From positions 1 through 64,000 of IMG/VR virus record IMGVR_UViG_3300005805_000074: 64,000 nucleotides of DNA, one strand, 5' to 3'. The notes below the pieces were generated by a model. It was given only the letters and a program-made list of their open reading frames with translations, made no database searches and had not been told where the DNA came from. Below, piece by piece: positions 37,382 through 46,471 of the stretch. This stretch comes from a virus. Its lineage: Duplodnaviria > Caudoviricetes. How positions within the stretch are numbered: position 1 is the stretch's first letter; each line of letters starts with the position of its first letter. The translations under genes were made by a program, and so were the position numbers.

Positions 37382-38146
37382 TTATTTTTTAAAGTGGTAT
37401 GCTTTGTGATGGTGTCGAATTCTAATTATATCATCACCAAAAAATTCTTTTACTGCTTTTATAACGCCGGCATGAAACATAGACCCATCATCAAATCGAT
37501 ATGTATCTACCTCTATAACTTCGTTAGGTGCGTCTTGTAGATTGTACTTATCATAAAAATCATCGTCACCACTTACATCATCTAAAACCATTATACCGCC
37601 AGGTTTTAATTTTTTGTATCCATTTTCTATGTCAGATTTTACGATACTATATTCGTGTCCACCGTCTATAAAGACCATATCATAGTATTCATCGTTCATA
37701 TGATGTATTACTTCTCTTGAGTCACCCTCAAATACAGTGATAATATCATCTACTTTAAACTTTTTAGCCTCAGACCATAAATGAGACTTCCAACTTTCTG
37801 AATTATTCTCATTGTATGCCCATTCTTCTTCTTTATCTACCGTTAAGTTCCCCTTAAACCAATCTATTATATGAAGTTTACCATTTATCATTGGTAATTT
37901 CAATATTTTAGCTATCGCTACTGCGTCACTACCCTGTGCGCAACCAATTTGTAAAATTTTTGGACAATCTTTTTCACTATCATATTCATTATATCCACAA
38001 AATTCCGCCGTCATATGAGTATACACAAACATAGCTATCCACTGAAACGGTAACACCCAATTAGAGGGGGTAAATGTATCTTTCTCTTCTTCTTTAACAA
38101 ACCAGTCAGATATATCTGGTGGTATTATAGTATGAAATCTATTCAT
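37382..38146 (-). CDS. Class I SAM methyltransferase (Methyltransf_24-like)
   Basis: LQIGCAQGSD, IDWFKG, FIDGGHEY and LKPGGIMVLDD motifs. Confidence 0.88.
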   Translation of the reverse strand: MNRFHTIIPPDISDWFVKEEEKDTFTPSNWVLPFQWIAMFVYTHMTAEFCGYNEYDSEKDCPKILQIGCAQGSDAVAIAKILKLPMINGKLHIIDWFKGNLTVDKEEEWAYNENNSESWKSHLWSEAKKFKVDDIITVFEGDSREVIHHMNDEYYDMVFIDGGHEYSIVKSDIENGYKKLKPGGIMVLDDVSGDDDFYDKYNLQDAPNEVIEVDTYRFDDGSMFHAGVIKAVKEFFGDDIIRIRHHHKAYHFKK

Positions 38147-39048
38147 CGTCTATTCTCTATGGCTTCTATAACTGATTTAGCTAAATGTTGATGCTGCTCT
38201 AGCGTAGGATGACCATTACCACATCCTTTAAATTCATGTGATATTTCTTTAAATTTAAATGTATTTTTCCATGTTTCATAGGTATAATATTTTTTATTAT
38301 CTTTTCCTATTAGTGGTATTTTGTAATTATTAAATTCAGAATTTAATATAAATTTACTAGTTATTGGATCCCAAGAATCAATAACATAAATTTTTCGTTT
38401 ACCACCCGCTTGCCAGAATTTAACATAATCTAAATATAAATTGTCTAGCATACTTTGATACGAGTTGTTAATTTGCTCTTGTACTTTTTCTATAAAATTG
38501 GGATTATCTTTTTGTATCTTAATAGTGTTTTCTATAATATGCAAAGTTTCCTTGTCTAACTCACTCAATTCTATGTTATACATTAATTTATACAAAAAGT
38601 TGTCTATATCTTCATATACACGATAATATTCAATATTTGTACAAAACATACATTTACAATTTTTTAAATTTGAATGTAATGGATCTCTGGATATTATAGA
38701 AAATTGAATTACTATAGTGTCAATGTATACACCGGGGTCTAGTAAATATTTATTTGCTATTTTTACATAACGTTGTATACATCCGCCATTGTGGTCATCT
38801 ACATATGCATTTGTATTAAAATGTTTAGAAACTATACCTGGATACCTGTTTTTTTCGCGGAACTCTTCTCCATTATTATCTCGTTTGGTTCCTAAATATT
38901 TCCAAGTATTCATCTGATTTCTTTCTGCAATCCACTTTGGTGTATCACAGTACAATTCCAATCCTTCTCCCCAAGTAAAACTATCTCCTAAAAATAAAAT
39001 ACCTTTTTCTAAATTATGTAATGGTGGAGTGTTATTAAACCCATTCAT
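38143..39048 (-). CDS. SGNH/GDSL-like protein (tandem paralogue B)
   Basis: LFLGDSFTWGEGLELYCDTPKWI and GHPT motifs. Confidence 0.65.
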   Translation of the reverse strand: MNGFNNTPPLHNLEKGILFLGDSFTWGEGLELYCDTPKWIAERNQMNTWKYLGTKRDNNGEEFREKNRYPGIVSKHFNTNAYVDDHNGGCIQRYVKIANKYLLDPGVYIDTIVIQFSIISRDPLHSNLKNCKCMFCTNIEYYRVYEDIDNFLYKLMYNIELSELDKETLHIIENTIKIQKDNPNFIEKVQEQINNSYQSMLDNLYLDYVKFWQAGGKRKIYVIDSWDPITSKFILNSEFNNYKIPLIGKDNKKYYTYETWKNTFKFKEISHEFKGCGNGHPTLEQHQHLAKSVIEAIENRR

Positions 39049-39952
39049 ATTTTTTTTCCTGTAAAAATTTTATAATGGAGTTTGCCACATACTGATGTTG
39101 TTCCAGTGACATATGCATATTATCTGTACGTGGGAAATCAGAAATAATTCTTTTTTTCTCAAATGTATTTTCCCACTCGTTAAACCTCAAATATTTTTTA
39201 TTATTTTTTCCATATAATGGTATAAAATTTTCTATATACTTTTCTCTAAATGGTCCGTTTTGTGAGAAAATACTGTTACTTGATTGTTGTTCCCATGAAT
39301 CTATAAAATAAATATTTCTTTTATTATAATACTGCCATGTAATAACTTTGTTGAAAAATTGATAAAGTAATTTTTCATACCATATCATTTTTATTTCTTC
39401 AAATTTATTTAAAAAATTTGAATTACTAACTGACACTCCAGTTTCTTTTTCATAAAAACTTAGTACTCTTAATTCTTCTTCAGTCATGTTTTCATTTTGT
39501 AGTACTTTATTTACAATGTGTTCTACACATCCACCATCATATATACGTGTTAGGTGGGAACTTGTTTGATTACGGTCCACTTCACACGTATCACATCCAC
39601 AAGTAAATGTACCGTGTAATGGTTCTCTTGATAAACAAGAAAACTGAATAATGATTGTGTCTACATATATGTCAGGGTCGAATAGAAAATGTTCTGCTAC
39701 ATCTATATTTCGTGCTAAACATCCACCATTTTTATCGTCTACTAAATCCATTTTGTTAAAATGGTTAGCTACTAATCTAGGAAACCTATTCTGATTACGA
39801 AAGTTTATACCATCATCATCTTGTTTGTCTTGAAGTTCATTCCATTGGTTGAATATATTTCGTTCTTTTATCCACTTAGGAGTATCGCAATATAATTCTA
39901 ACCCTTCTCCCCAAGTAAAACTATCTCCTAAAAACAAAATACTTTTTGGCAT
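39035..39952 (-). CDS. SGNH/GDSL-like protein (tandem paralogue A)
   Basis: LFLGDSFTWGEGLELYCDTPKWI and DNMHMS motifs. Confidence 0.65.
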   Translation of the reverse strand: MPKSILFLGDSFTWGEGLELYCDTPKWIKERNIFNQWNELQDKQDDDGINFRNQNRFPRLVANHFNKMDLVDDKNGGCLARNIDVAEHFLFDPDIYVDTIIIQFSCLSREPLHGTFTCGCDTCEVDRNQTSSHLTRIYDGGCVEHIVNKVLQNENMTEEELRVLSFYEKETGVSVSNSNFLNKFEEIKMIWYEKLLYQFFNKVITWQYYNKRNIYFIDSWEQQSSNSIFSQNGPFREKYIENFIPLYGKNNKKYLRFNEWENTFEKKRIISDFPRTDNMHMSLEQHQYVANSIIKFLQEKKYEWV

Positions 39953-39953
39953 A

Positions 39954-40469
39954 TTAATACAATTCAGGATATTCGTTTATGACATATACACCAGGTGTAT
40001 TGATTGCTAAATTGTAATTCTCTCGAACACTTTCTGGAGTAGTACAATCTAATAATGTAATAGTTTTTAACATATCACCAAATGGTTTTATATAATTTGC
40101 TTTGTGTTGGTGGCCTGGGTCAAGTGGTTTATCCGACCCCTTACCTACTCGTACAATAACATGAACATTTTTACCTGTCATGAGTGTATACTTGTCAAGA
40201 TGGTTGACTAATTGATTCATTGCTGAAATTAAAAAGTCCCATCGTGGATAAAAACTAACTACTAACTTTCCTGTCATTGCCATACCCAAAGTCATACCCA
40301 TTTGAGTTTCTTCCATGACAGGGGTTTCTATCATACGTTCTTTTGGTAATCCTTCGATTGTTTTTGACATTGGATTACCATAATAAACGATTTGTTGACC
40401 AATGAAAACCGTTTCTGGTTTGTCCATTAACAGTTTCATCGCGTTAGTTAATTCGTCTTTATAGCTCAT
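39954..40469 (-). CDS. TPP-dependent enzyme, E1-beta/transketolase pyrimidine-binding domain only
   Basis: FIGQQI, ETPVMEETQMGMTLGMA, NQLVNH and GHQH motifs; 171 aa. Confidence 0.85.
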   Translation of the reverse strand: MSYKDELTNAMKLLMDKPETVFIGQQIVYYGNPMSKTIEGLPKERMIETPVMEETQMGMTLGMAMTGKLVVSFYPRWDFLISAMNQLVNHLDKYTLMTGKNVHVIVRVGKGSDKPLDPGHQHKANYIKPFGDMLKTITLLDCTTPESVRENYNLAINTPGVYVINEYPELY

Positions 40470-40484
40470 AGAAACACACCTATA

Positions 40485-41150
40485 TTATTTTTTAAAGTAA
40501 ACTCTAAACACATATCGTTCCCAATCTACCGTTGCATCCACGGAATGTGCTAATGTATCTTCGTAAAAATGAGAATCGAAAATTACTAATTCATTTTTTA
40601 TCGGCGAGTATTTACATAGTTCTGTAACTTCGTCCTCTTCATAAAAAATTAAATCTCCACCATTATTATTTTCCTTTGAATTTAAATACAACACAGCAGT
40701 ACATATTCTATTATTACCCAAGTCTCTGTGTTTGTCCATTTTATATCCAATTCCATATTTTATTACACTGGAATGTTCTACTTTTATCTCATCTTTTATA
40801 TCACTATAGATTTCTTTTACTTTACTAAGAATAACTTCTTCTAACTTATGTTTTAAGTTTGAATCAATTGAAAAATCTGAATCTTTTCTTAGTAACTCAA
40901 CTTTATCGTAATCTAATACATCATTATGAGAAAAAATAAACTTTTCTACATTCGTACATTCAATAAATTCTTTATTAAGTTCGAATGAAAAATTAAAATC
41001 TTTAGTTCTTACTGTCATTCTCGCTAGAAAGTGTTGACTATCTTCTTGCTCATTACATTGCCTAATGACATCGTTTAATGCAACATCAGGTTGGTCTAAA
41101 ACATTCTCAAAAATAAAAGCTCTACCAACTATATCATTTTTTAAGTTCAT
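40485..41150 (-). CDS. 2OG-Fe(II) oxygenase
   Basis: HRD, TAVLYLN, GGDLIF, AHSV and RYVF motifs. Confidence 0.85.
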   Translation of the reverse strand: MNLKNDIVGRAFIFENVLDQPDVALNDVIRQCNEQEDSQHFLARMTVRTKDFNFSFELNKEFIECTNVEKFIFSHNDVLDYDKVELLRKDSDFSIDSNLKHKLEEVILSKVKEIYSDIKDEIKVEHSSVIKYGIGYKMDKHRDLGNNRICTAVLYLNSKENNNGGDLIFYEEDEVTELCKYSPIKNELVIFDSHFYEDTLAHSVDATVDWERYVFRVYFKK

Positions 41151-42130
41151 GGTTTTGACTCTGGATTAAATTGATGTTTATTTTCCTTGTACCATCGCAA
41201 TGCGTCTGCTAATCCCGTCTTTAAATCATATTTAGTAGTCCATCCTAAATTTTTTAACTTAGTGTTATCAAGTAATCGGACAGGTATCATTGGTGCTTTA
41301 TTATTTACAAAATTAATTGGATTGGTGTTACCTTCAATTTCTTTAATAGTATTCAATACTTCCATTACGGTATATCCTTCCCCGTAAGATACATTATAGA
41401 TATCATATGTGTCAACCTTTTCCGCAACAGTAATAAATCCACTTACCATATCATCAACATGGATAACATCACGAACTTCAGTTCCATCTCCCCACACTGG
41501 AATTGGATTTAGTCCATCTGCTACCTTACGGATATTTGCAGGGGTAACATGACACTTTTCATAATCATACTTGTCATTTGGACCATATGCATTTGATGGT
41601 CTGATAATAACGCATTGCATTGGGTTGTGAATTTGGTTAGAGAAAAAGTCACACAATGTTTCACAGTATCGTTTCATCCAACCCACTGCCTTATATACAG
41701 GAACAATATCTGGTGTTTGTACGACCGTATCTTCCGTACACGATACATCACCCATATCTGGGTATGTAGTATTTGAAGAAATGAAGATAAACTTACGAAC
41801 ATTATTCTTCCAACTTTGTTCCATAAGATTAACATTCATTTCTATATTTGGTGTAACATGAAGAAGTGGATTAAACTTTGTATCAAGAGCATTTGATGTA
41901 TTTGCCGCACAGTGGAACACAATATCTACATTTTTGGATACTACTTCACAAAAATCTGCATCTTGTAAATTTCCTCTAATGTGTTCTACACCATCTAGTG
42001 TATCACGTAGTTCTCTATTCCAAGAGGTAGCGCGTAGATTTGTGTATCCTAATTCATGTAACATCTTTAATAAGCGTGACCCAATAAATCCACTTGCTCC
42101 AGTAACTAAAATTTTGTCTGTTTTGTTCAT
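41147..42130 (-). CDS. NAD(P)-dependent NDP-sugar epimerase/reductase (GDP-fucose synthase-like extended SDR)
   Basis: TGASGFIGS, HCAANT, RPSNAYG and WGDGTEVRDVIHV motifs. Confidence 0.9.
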   Translation of the reverse strand: MNKTDKILVTGASGFIGSRLLKMLHELGYTNLRATSWNRELRDTLDGVEHIRGNLQDADFCEVVSKNVDIVFHCAANTSNALDTKFNPLLHVTPNIEMNVNLMEQSWKNNVRKFIFISSNTTYPDMGDVSCTEDTVVQTPDIVPVYKAVGWMKRYCETLCDFFSNQIHNPMQCVIIRPSNAYGPNDKYDYEKCHVTPANIRKVADGLNPIPVWGDGTEVRDVIHVDDMVSGFITVAEKVDTYDIYNVSYGEGYTVMEVLNTIKEIEGNTNPINFVNNKAPMIPVRLLDNTKLKNLGWTTKYDLKTGLADALRWYKENKHQFNPESKP

Positions 42131-42131
42131 A

Positions 42132-43163
42132 TTAAACACCTAAATTTACAAAATGTGAAGAGTTTATTAACTCATGATATACGATAATTTCTTGTTTCAA
42201 ATACTCAGATACAATACAGGTACTAGCACTATCATTTACTAACGCGTCATTTGTAAAAAAATGATTGTTTCTATATAAATCTATAGCATATTTGTATATT
42301 GGACTGTTATCTTCCTTTCGTTGGTCCTTCATTATTTCTTCATAAAGTCTATCGTCTACATTACGTAACTTTGAAAAGAATTCCGCAGCCGCGGGAGTTC
42401 GTAAATGAGATAAATCTATTATTTTAATTTTTGAAGTATCTTTGATGTTATACATTATTTCTTGAAAATGTACCAGATAGGGTTCAGAATGAACATCTCT
42501 GATTATCATACCCCATTTATTAGAAATAAAATATTTGAACACCTTTTTAATGATGTTTGGTGGTAAATGTTCAGTTACCGAAATACTATCGAATTGTGCT
42601 TCAACAAAACATTTAATTATCAATCCCATCATTTCATCAGAAACTTGTAGTTGACTCTTGAAAAAATCATATTCGTCTGGCCAGTGTTGTACATCAAAAC
42701 AATATGCGATAATACATTGTGTAACACCCGAAAAAAATCTGTCAAGTGGGTTTCTTACTAGAAAAATTATATCTTTTTTATTCTCAAAGAAAAATTCAGT
42801 GTAAGATTTTACTCCCATTTCTGTCAAAAAATCGTTATCAGTGTTCCATCTAGGATATGACCGTAATTTTTCATTCAAATCTTCTGGTCTTAATTTCTCT
42901 TTTTCGTGCCATGGGGTATGTACATATTTCTTAGAAAATTTATATTCTATAGAATCATTACCATTAATAATATTAGAAGGATATGTCTTAATTGTAAAAT
43001 CGATTTGTTTATTATCTGTATGTATGTTATCTTGACCGTTACAAACTAACGTACGAAAAAATCTTGTACCAACTTTTTTGTATTGTAATAGCACTCCATT
43101 ATCAAATACACATACAGTTGGTTCAAATACTTTTGCATCAGGATAATTATTTGTCATATTCAT
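42132..43163 (-). CDS. Sulfotransferase-like protein
   Basis: YKKVGTRF (PSB-like) and LVRNPLDRFFSG (3'-PB-like) motifs. Confidence 0.6.
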   Translation of the reverse strand: MNMTNNYPDAKVFEPTVCVFDNGVLLQYKKVGTRFFRTLVCNGQDNIHTDNKQIDFTIKTYPSNIINGNDSIEYKFSKKYVHTPWHEKEKLRPEDLNEKLRSYPRWNTDNDFLTEMGVKSYTEFFFENKKDIIFLVRNPLDRFFSGVTQCIIAYCFDVQHWPDEYDFFKSQLQVSDEMMGLIIKCFVEAQFDSISVTEHLPPNIIKKVFKYFISNKWGMIIRDVHSEPYLVHFQEIMYNIKDTSKIKIIDLSHLRTPAAAEFFSKLRNVDDRLYEEIMKDQRKEDNSPIYKYAIDLYRNNHFFTNDALVNDSASTCIVSEYLKQEIIVYHELINSSHFVNLGV

Positions 43164-44109
43164 TTAAATAATAGTTTATAGTTTCTAATAACCCTTCTTT
43201 AAGAGAGACTTTTTGTTTGATTCCAAATGATTCTGCTCGTTCGGTACTCATTAATCGTTTTGCATCACCATTTGGTTTTGTATGGTCCCACTCAATTCCA
43301 ACCTTAACACCATACATTTCTTCATATAACTCTACAAGAGTTTCTGCAAGCTCCTTAATAGTTACACCCGTTCCACTACCCAAATTAATTGGTTGTGTAA
43401 TACGTTGTTCATATGCTTGGATAATACCATCGGCAACATCACCAGCGTAAATGAAATCACGAATCGGTGACCCATCACCCCAACATACAAGAGGATGTTC
43501 TTTTTCACCAAATAATCTCTTAATTAAAGATGCGATAACAGTTGATTCTGGTCCGAAGTTGTCGTGGCGTCCGTAAATATTAGCCGGACGGACAATAGAT
43601 GCCTTATTCCAGTTATATGATACTTGATATACTTCTGCTTGAAGTTCTCCTAGTCTCTTCGCCCACCCCGCATACTTATCCTTTTCAGATGGGAATGTTT
43701 TCCATACATCATCTTCAATAAACACTTCTGCTGGTTGGTATACGCCAACGGTAGACGTAAAGACATACCACTCGACATCTTCAAGTCGAGCGGCTTCCAT
43801 CATATTAGTATTGAATTGTAGCATAGGGACAAAATAATCCGCTGGTTGTTCCATCGCCCGTTTGGGGGAACCTTTTACTCCGGCGATGTGAAAGATTACA
43901 TCCTGTCCTTTAACGACTTCTCTACATTGAATAAATTCACGAAGGTCGGCTTGGATGAAATGATAGTTCTCTTTGTACTTTTGAATCTGATTTTTTGGTT
44001 CTACGATATCTACCGCGGTAACTATTGCACCCCGTTCCATACACTTCTGTACCGCGTAATTACCAACAAGACCATTGGCGCCAGTAATTAAAACCTTTTT
44101 ACCATTCAT
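43147..44109 (-). CDS. NAD(P)-dependent NDP-sugar epimerase/reductase (GDP-fucose synthase-like)
   Basis: TGANGLVG, FHIAGVKG, RPANIYG, WGDGSPIRDFIY and INLGSG motifs. Confidence 0.9.
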   Translation of the reverse strand: MNGKKVLITGANGLVGNYAVQKCMERGAIVTAVDIVEPKNQIQKYKENYHFIQADLREFIQCREVVKGQDVIFHIAGVKGSPKRAMEQPADYFVPMLQFNTNMMEAARLEDVEWYVFTSTVGVYQPAEVFIEDDVWKTFPSEKDKYAGWAKRLGELQAEVYQVSYNWNKASIVRPANIYGRHDNFGPESTVIASLIKRLFGEKEHPLVCWGDGSPIRDFIYAGDVADGIIQAYEQRITQPINLGSGTGVTIKELAETLVELYEEMYGVKVGIEWDHTKPNGDAKRLMSTERAESFGIKQKVSLKEGLLETINYYLNEYDK

Positions 44110-45286
44110 TTTGTATTTCCTCAAAAATAACTTTTAGTGTGTCTAATTCTAAATCATAAAACAAGTTTCTGTTATGTATACAAATTTCTTTTGTACTTTT
44201 ATAAATATCATTCAACTCTTCTATACTCTTACTATTTAAAGACTTTACTAAAGAAATTAATGATTTCATACGTTCTATTGAATTTTCTATATCGTCGTAC
44301 TCTTCATTCCATATGCTAGAAAATGTCTTAAAACCATATTTTTTTATTTGTTTTAAATATCCGTGTGGTCCAAACACAATAAACGGTTGGTAACATAATA
44401 TTGGTTTTAATATTTTCTCTGATACAAACAATTCATTATCTACAAATGCAGTTTCCGTTACCAAATTTACACAACTGTCTATAAATAAATTTTTTTTAAA
44501 TGTGTTTGACGTATTAAAGTCTACTTTACTATCGACATATTGTGTATCCAATTCTATTGGTATACTCTTATTGTAAAGTTCTATTGTTTCTTGTGATAAT
44601 TCTACATTATTATACTTTTTAAAAAATTCTACATTTTCCGTAGCATAATCTATTGGTCTGAGAAAACTAAAATATGAATTTTTAAATGTACCTTTTATAT
44701 ATTCATCAAGTAATACAAACCTATGAGCTCGGTCTAATGACCTGTTAAAACATAAGAATTTTTTATTTCTAAAGTTATTCAGCTCGTTTAACTCTATTTG
44801 TTCGCTAAAATAACCTAAAGAATTTTCATATCTAAAAAAATTATTTTTGTTCTGTGTTGCTTCTTCTAGGAAAAAATCAAATGTGTATATCTTATGTTTA
44901 GAAACAGTTGGAATATTTGACAGTTTTGTATTTGTATCTATGTATATTAATTTATCAAAGTTTAATCCGTGACTTTTTAAATATCGTAGAGAAAATTTAT
45001 ATGTAGATTCTCCTGTTGGATCTGGTAATCCTAGTATTAGTAATTTTATATCATTTTCATTTATAAATTGTATCAGTCCTACTGGTATTTTTCTAATACT
45101 GTACCCACCCTCATCTATCTCTATTGGTAATATATTTTTAAAACCTTCTTTCAATTGACCATTTAAAGTATAACTTAATTTATTTTTTTGTATGTACTGG
45201 TTTAGTGGGCCTTGCCGTGCAAATTTTCCATTTCCATTTGGTGAAAGTATATCATCTAAGAATACAAAATTTAAAATACTACCCAT
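44099..45286 (-). CDS. GT10-like glycosyltransferase paralogue 4
   Basis: KKFLCFNRSLDRAHR...NLVTET...VSEKILKPILCYQPFIVFG...GFKTF motif. Confidence 0.55.
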   Translation of the reverse strand: MGSILNFVFLDDILSPNGNGKFARQGPLNQYIQKNKLSYTLNGQLKEGFKNILPIEIDEGGYSIRKIPVGLIQFINENDIKLLILGLPDPTGESTYKFSLRYLKSHGLNFDKLIYIDTNTKLSNIPTVSKHKIYTFDFFLEEATQNKNNFFRYENSLGYFSEQIELNELNNFRNKKFLCFNRSLDRAHRFVLLDEYIKGTFKNSYFSFLRPIDYATENVEFFKKYNNVELSQETIELYNKSIPIELDTQYVDSKVDFNTSNTFKKNLFIDSCVNLVTETAFVDNELFVSEKILKPILCYQPFIVFGPHGYLKQIKKYGFKTFSSIWNEEYDDIENSIERMKSLISLVKSLNSKSIEELNDIYKSTKEICIHNRNLFYDLELDTLKVIFEEIQNEW

Positions 45287-45903
45287 TTTCCTGTTCCGTA
45301 ATGAGGGTATTTTGATTTATAGTTATAATAAATAACATCCTCTGGAATATCGCGTAACACATATCCCCATGTAACTTCCGTGGGAGTATTTGTGGATACA
45401 TGATTATCTTCTACTATAAAATATAATGGTAAGTTGAAATTTCTAGCATATTTATGAACTTCATAAAATATACCACTTTCAAATGACATATCTCCTATAA
45501 AACACCAAACCTTATCATCACCACCATCTCTCTTAATAGCAGTAGCAACCCCAAGAGCTATAGAGAGAGTTCCACCGACTATAGCCGATGAGTAAAACTT
45601 CTCATCTATATTACATAAAGTGATTGATTTACCTTTAAGAATTTCCGACTCAATCCAATCTGGTGATACTCCTTTTAGTAATGCGTGATAGTGGGAACGC
45701 CAAGTTGAAAAAACCCAATCAGTTGATTTTATTCTAGTGAATATATCAATAAGTTCGGCTTCATTTCCATTAGAAAGGTGAATTGGACCACGAATTTTGC
45801 CACCTTCCCAGTACTCTATTATTTTATCTTCAAATGTAATCAACTCATCTGGTGTATACTTATTTTCCCTGACTACAGGATATTTTTCTAAATTACTAAT
45901 CAT
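45271..45903 (-). CDS. TPP-dependent dehydrogenase E1-alpha-like subunit (short)
   Basis: GPIHLSNG, STWRSHYH, IVGG and the TPP motif GDMSFESG...VEDN. Confidence 0.88.
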   Translation of the reverse strand: MISNLEKYPVVRENKYTPDELITFEDKIIEYWEGGKIRGPIHLSNGNEAELIDIFTRIKSTDWVFSTWRSHYHALLKGVSPDWIESEILKGKSITLCNIDEKFYSSAIVGGTLSIALGVATAIKRDGGDDKVWCFIGDMSFESGIFYEVHKYARNFNLPLYFIVEDNHVSTNTPTEVTWGYVLRDIPEDVIYYNYKSKYPHYGTGKWVVF

Positions 45904-45915
45904 ACTCTTCCTCGT

Positions 45916-46470
45916 TTATAACGAATCTCTTTTTTGTAAGATTGGATTGTTCGTAGGCCATTCCATATTAAACTTGGGGTCATTCCATTTAATTACAGAC
46001 TGTTTGTCTACATCAACAAAATTACCTTCATAAAACAAATTATAACTGAACACACAGTCTGTTAGTGCGAAATGACCATTTGCAAATCCAGGTGGCACTA
46101 GTACTTGCATCTTGTTTGCTTCAGATATTATGTAAGATTCCCATTTACCATAGGTTAGAGAATCTTCTCGAATATCTAATACAACCAAATATATCTCACC
46201 TACAAGTGCTTGAACCATTTTCCATGTTTTATGGTCATAGTGTAATCCACGAAGGACACCCTTGTATGACCGTGAGTGTCTATCGTGGACCGTTAAATCT
46301 TCCATATAACCGATGTATTGTTTAACTGGATGATATTTTGAGTGATAACTAGTCCAAATTTCCCCACGAAACTCTTGGTACGAGGTAGGAGAAAACATGG
46401 GAACTTCATCACCAAACACCTTTGACGGTTTCATATCAAAGTCATTCCAGTTTGCGTATTTGTAATTCAT
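45916..46470 (-). CDS. rmlC: NDP-4-keto-sugar 3,5-epimerase (RmlC cupin)
   Basis: EFRG, GVLRGLHY, VGEIYLVVLDIR..S.TYGKW, VPPGFANG and WNDP motifs. Confidence 0.92.
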   Translation of the reverse strand: MNYKYANWNDFDMKPSKVFGDEVPMFSPTSYQEFRGEIWTSYHSKYHPVKQYIGYMEDLTVHDRHSRSYKGVLRGLHYDHKTWKMVQALVGEIYLVVLDIREDSLTYGKWESYIISEANKMQVLVPPGFANGHFALTDCVFSYNLFYEGNFVDVDKQSVIKWNDPKFNMEWPTNNPILQKRDSL

Positions 46471-46471
46471 A

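Noticed and set aside
39954-45903. Pyruvate dehydrogenase as a central-metabolism AMG
   Set aside because: Both subunits are truncated, there is no E2/E3, and the context is sugar biosynthesis.
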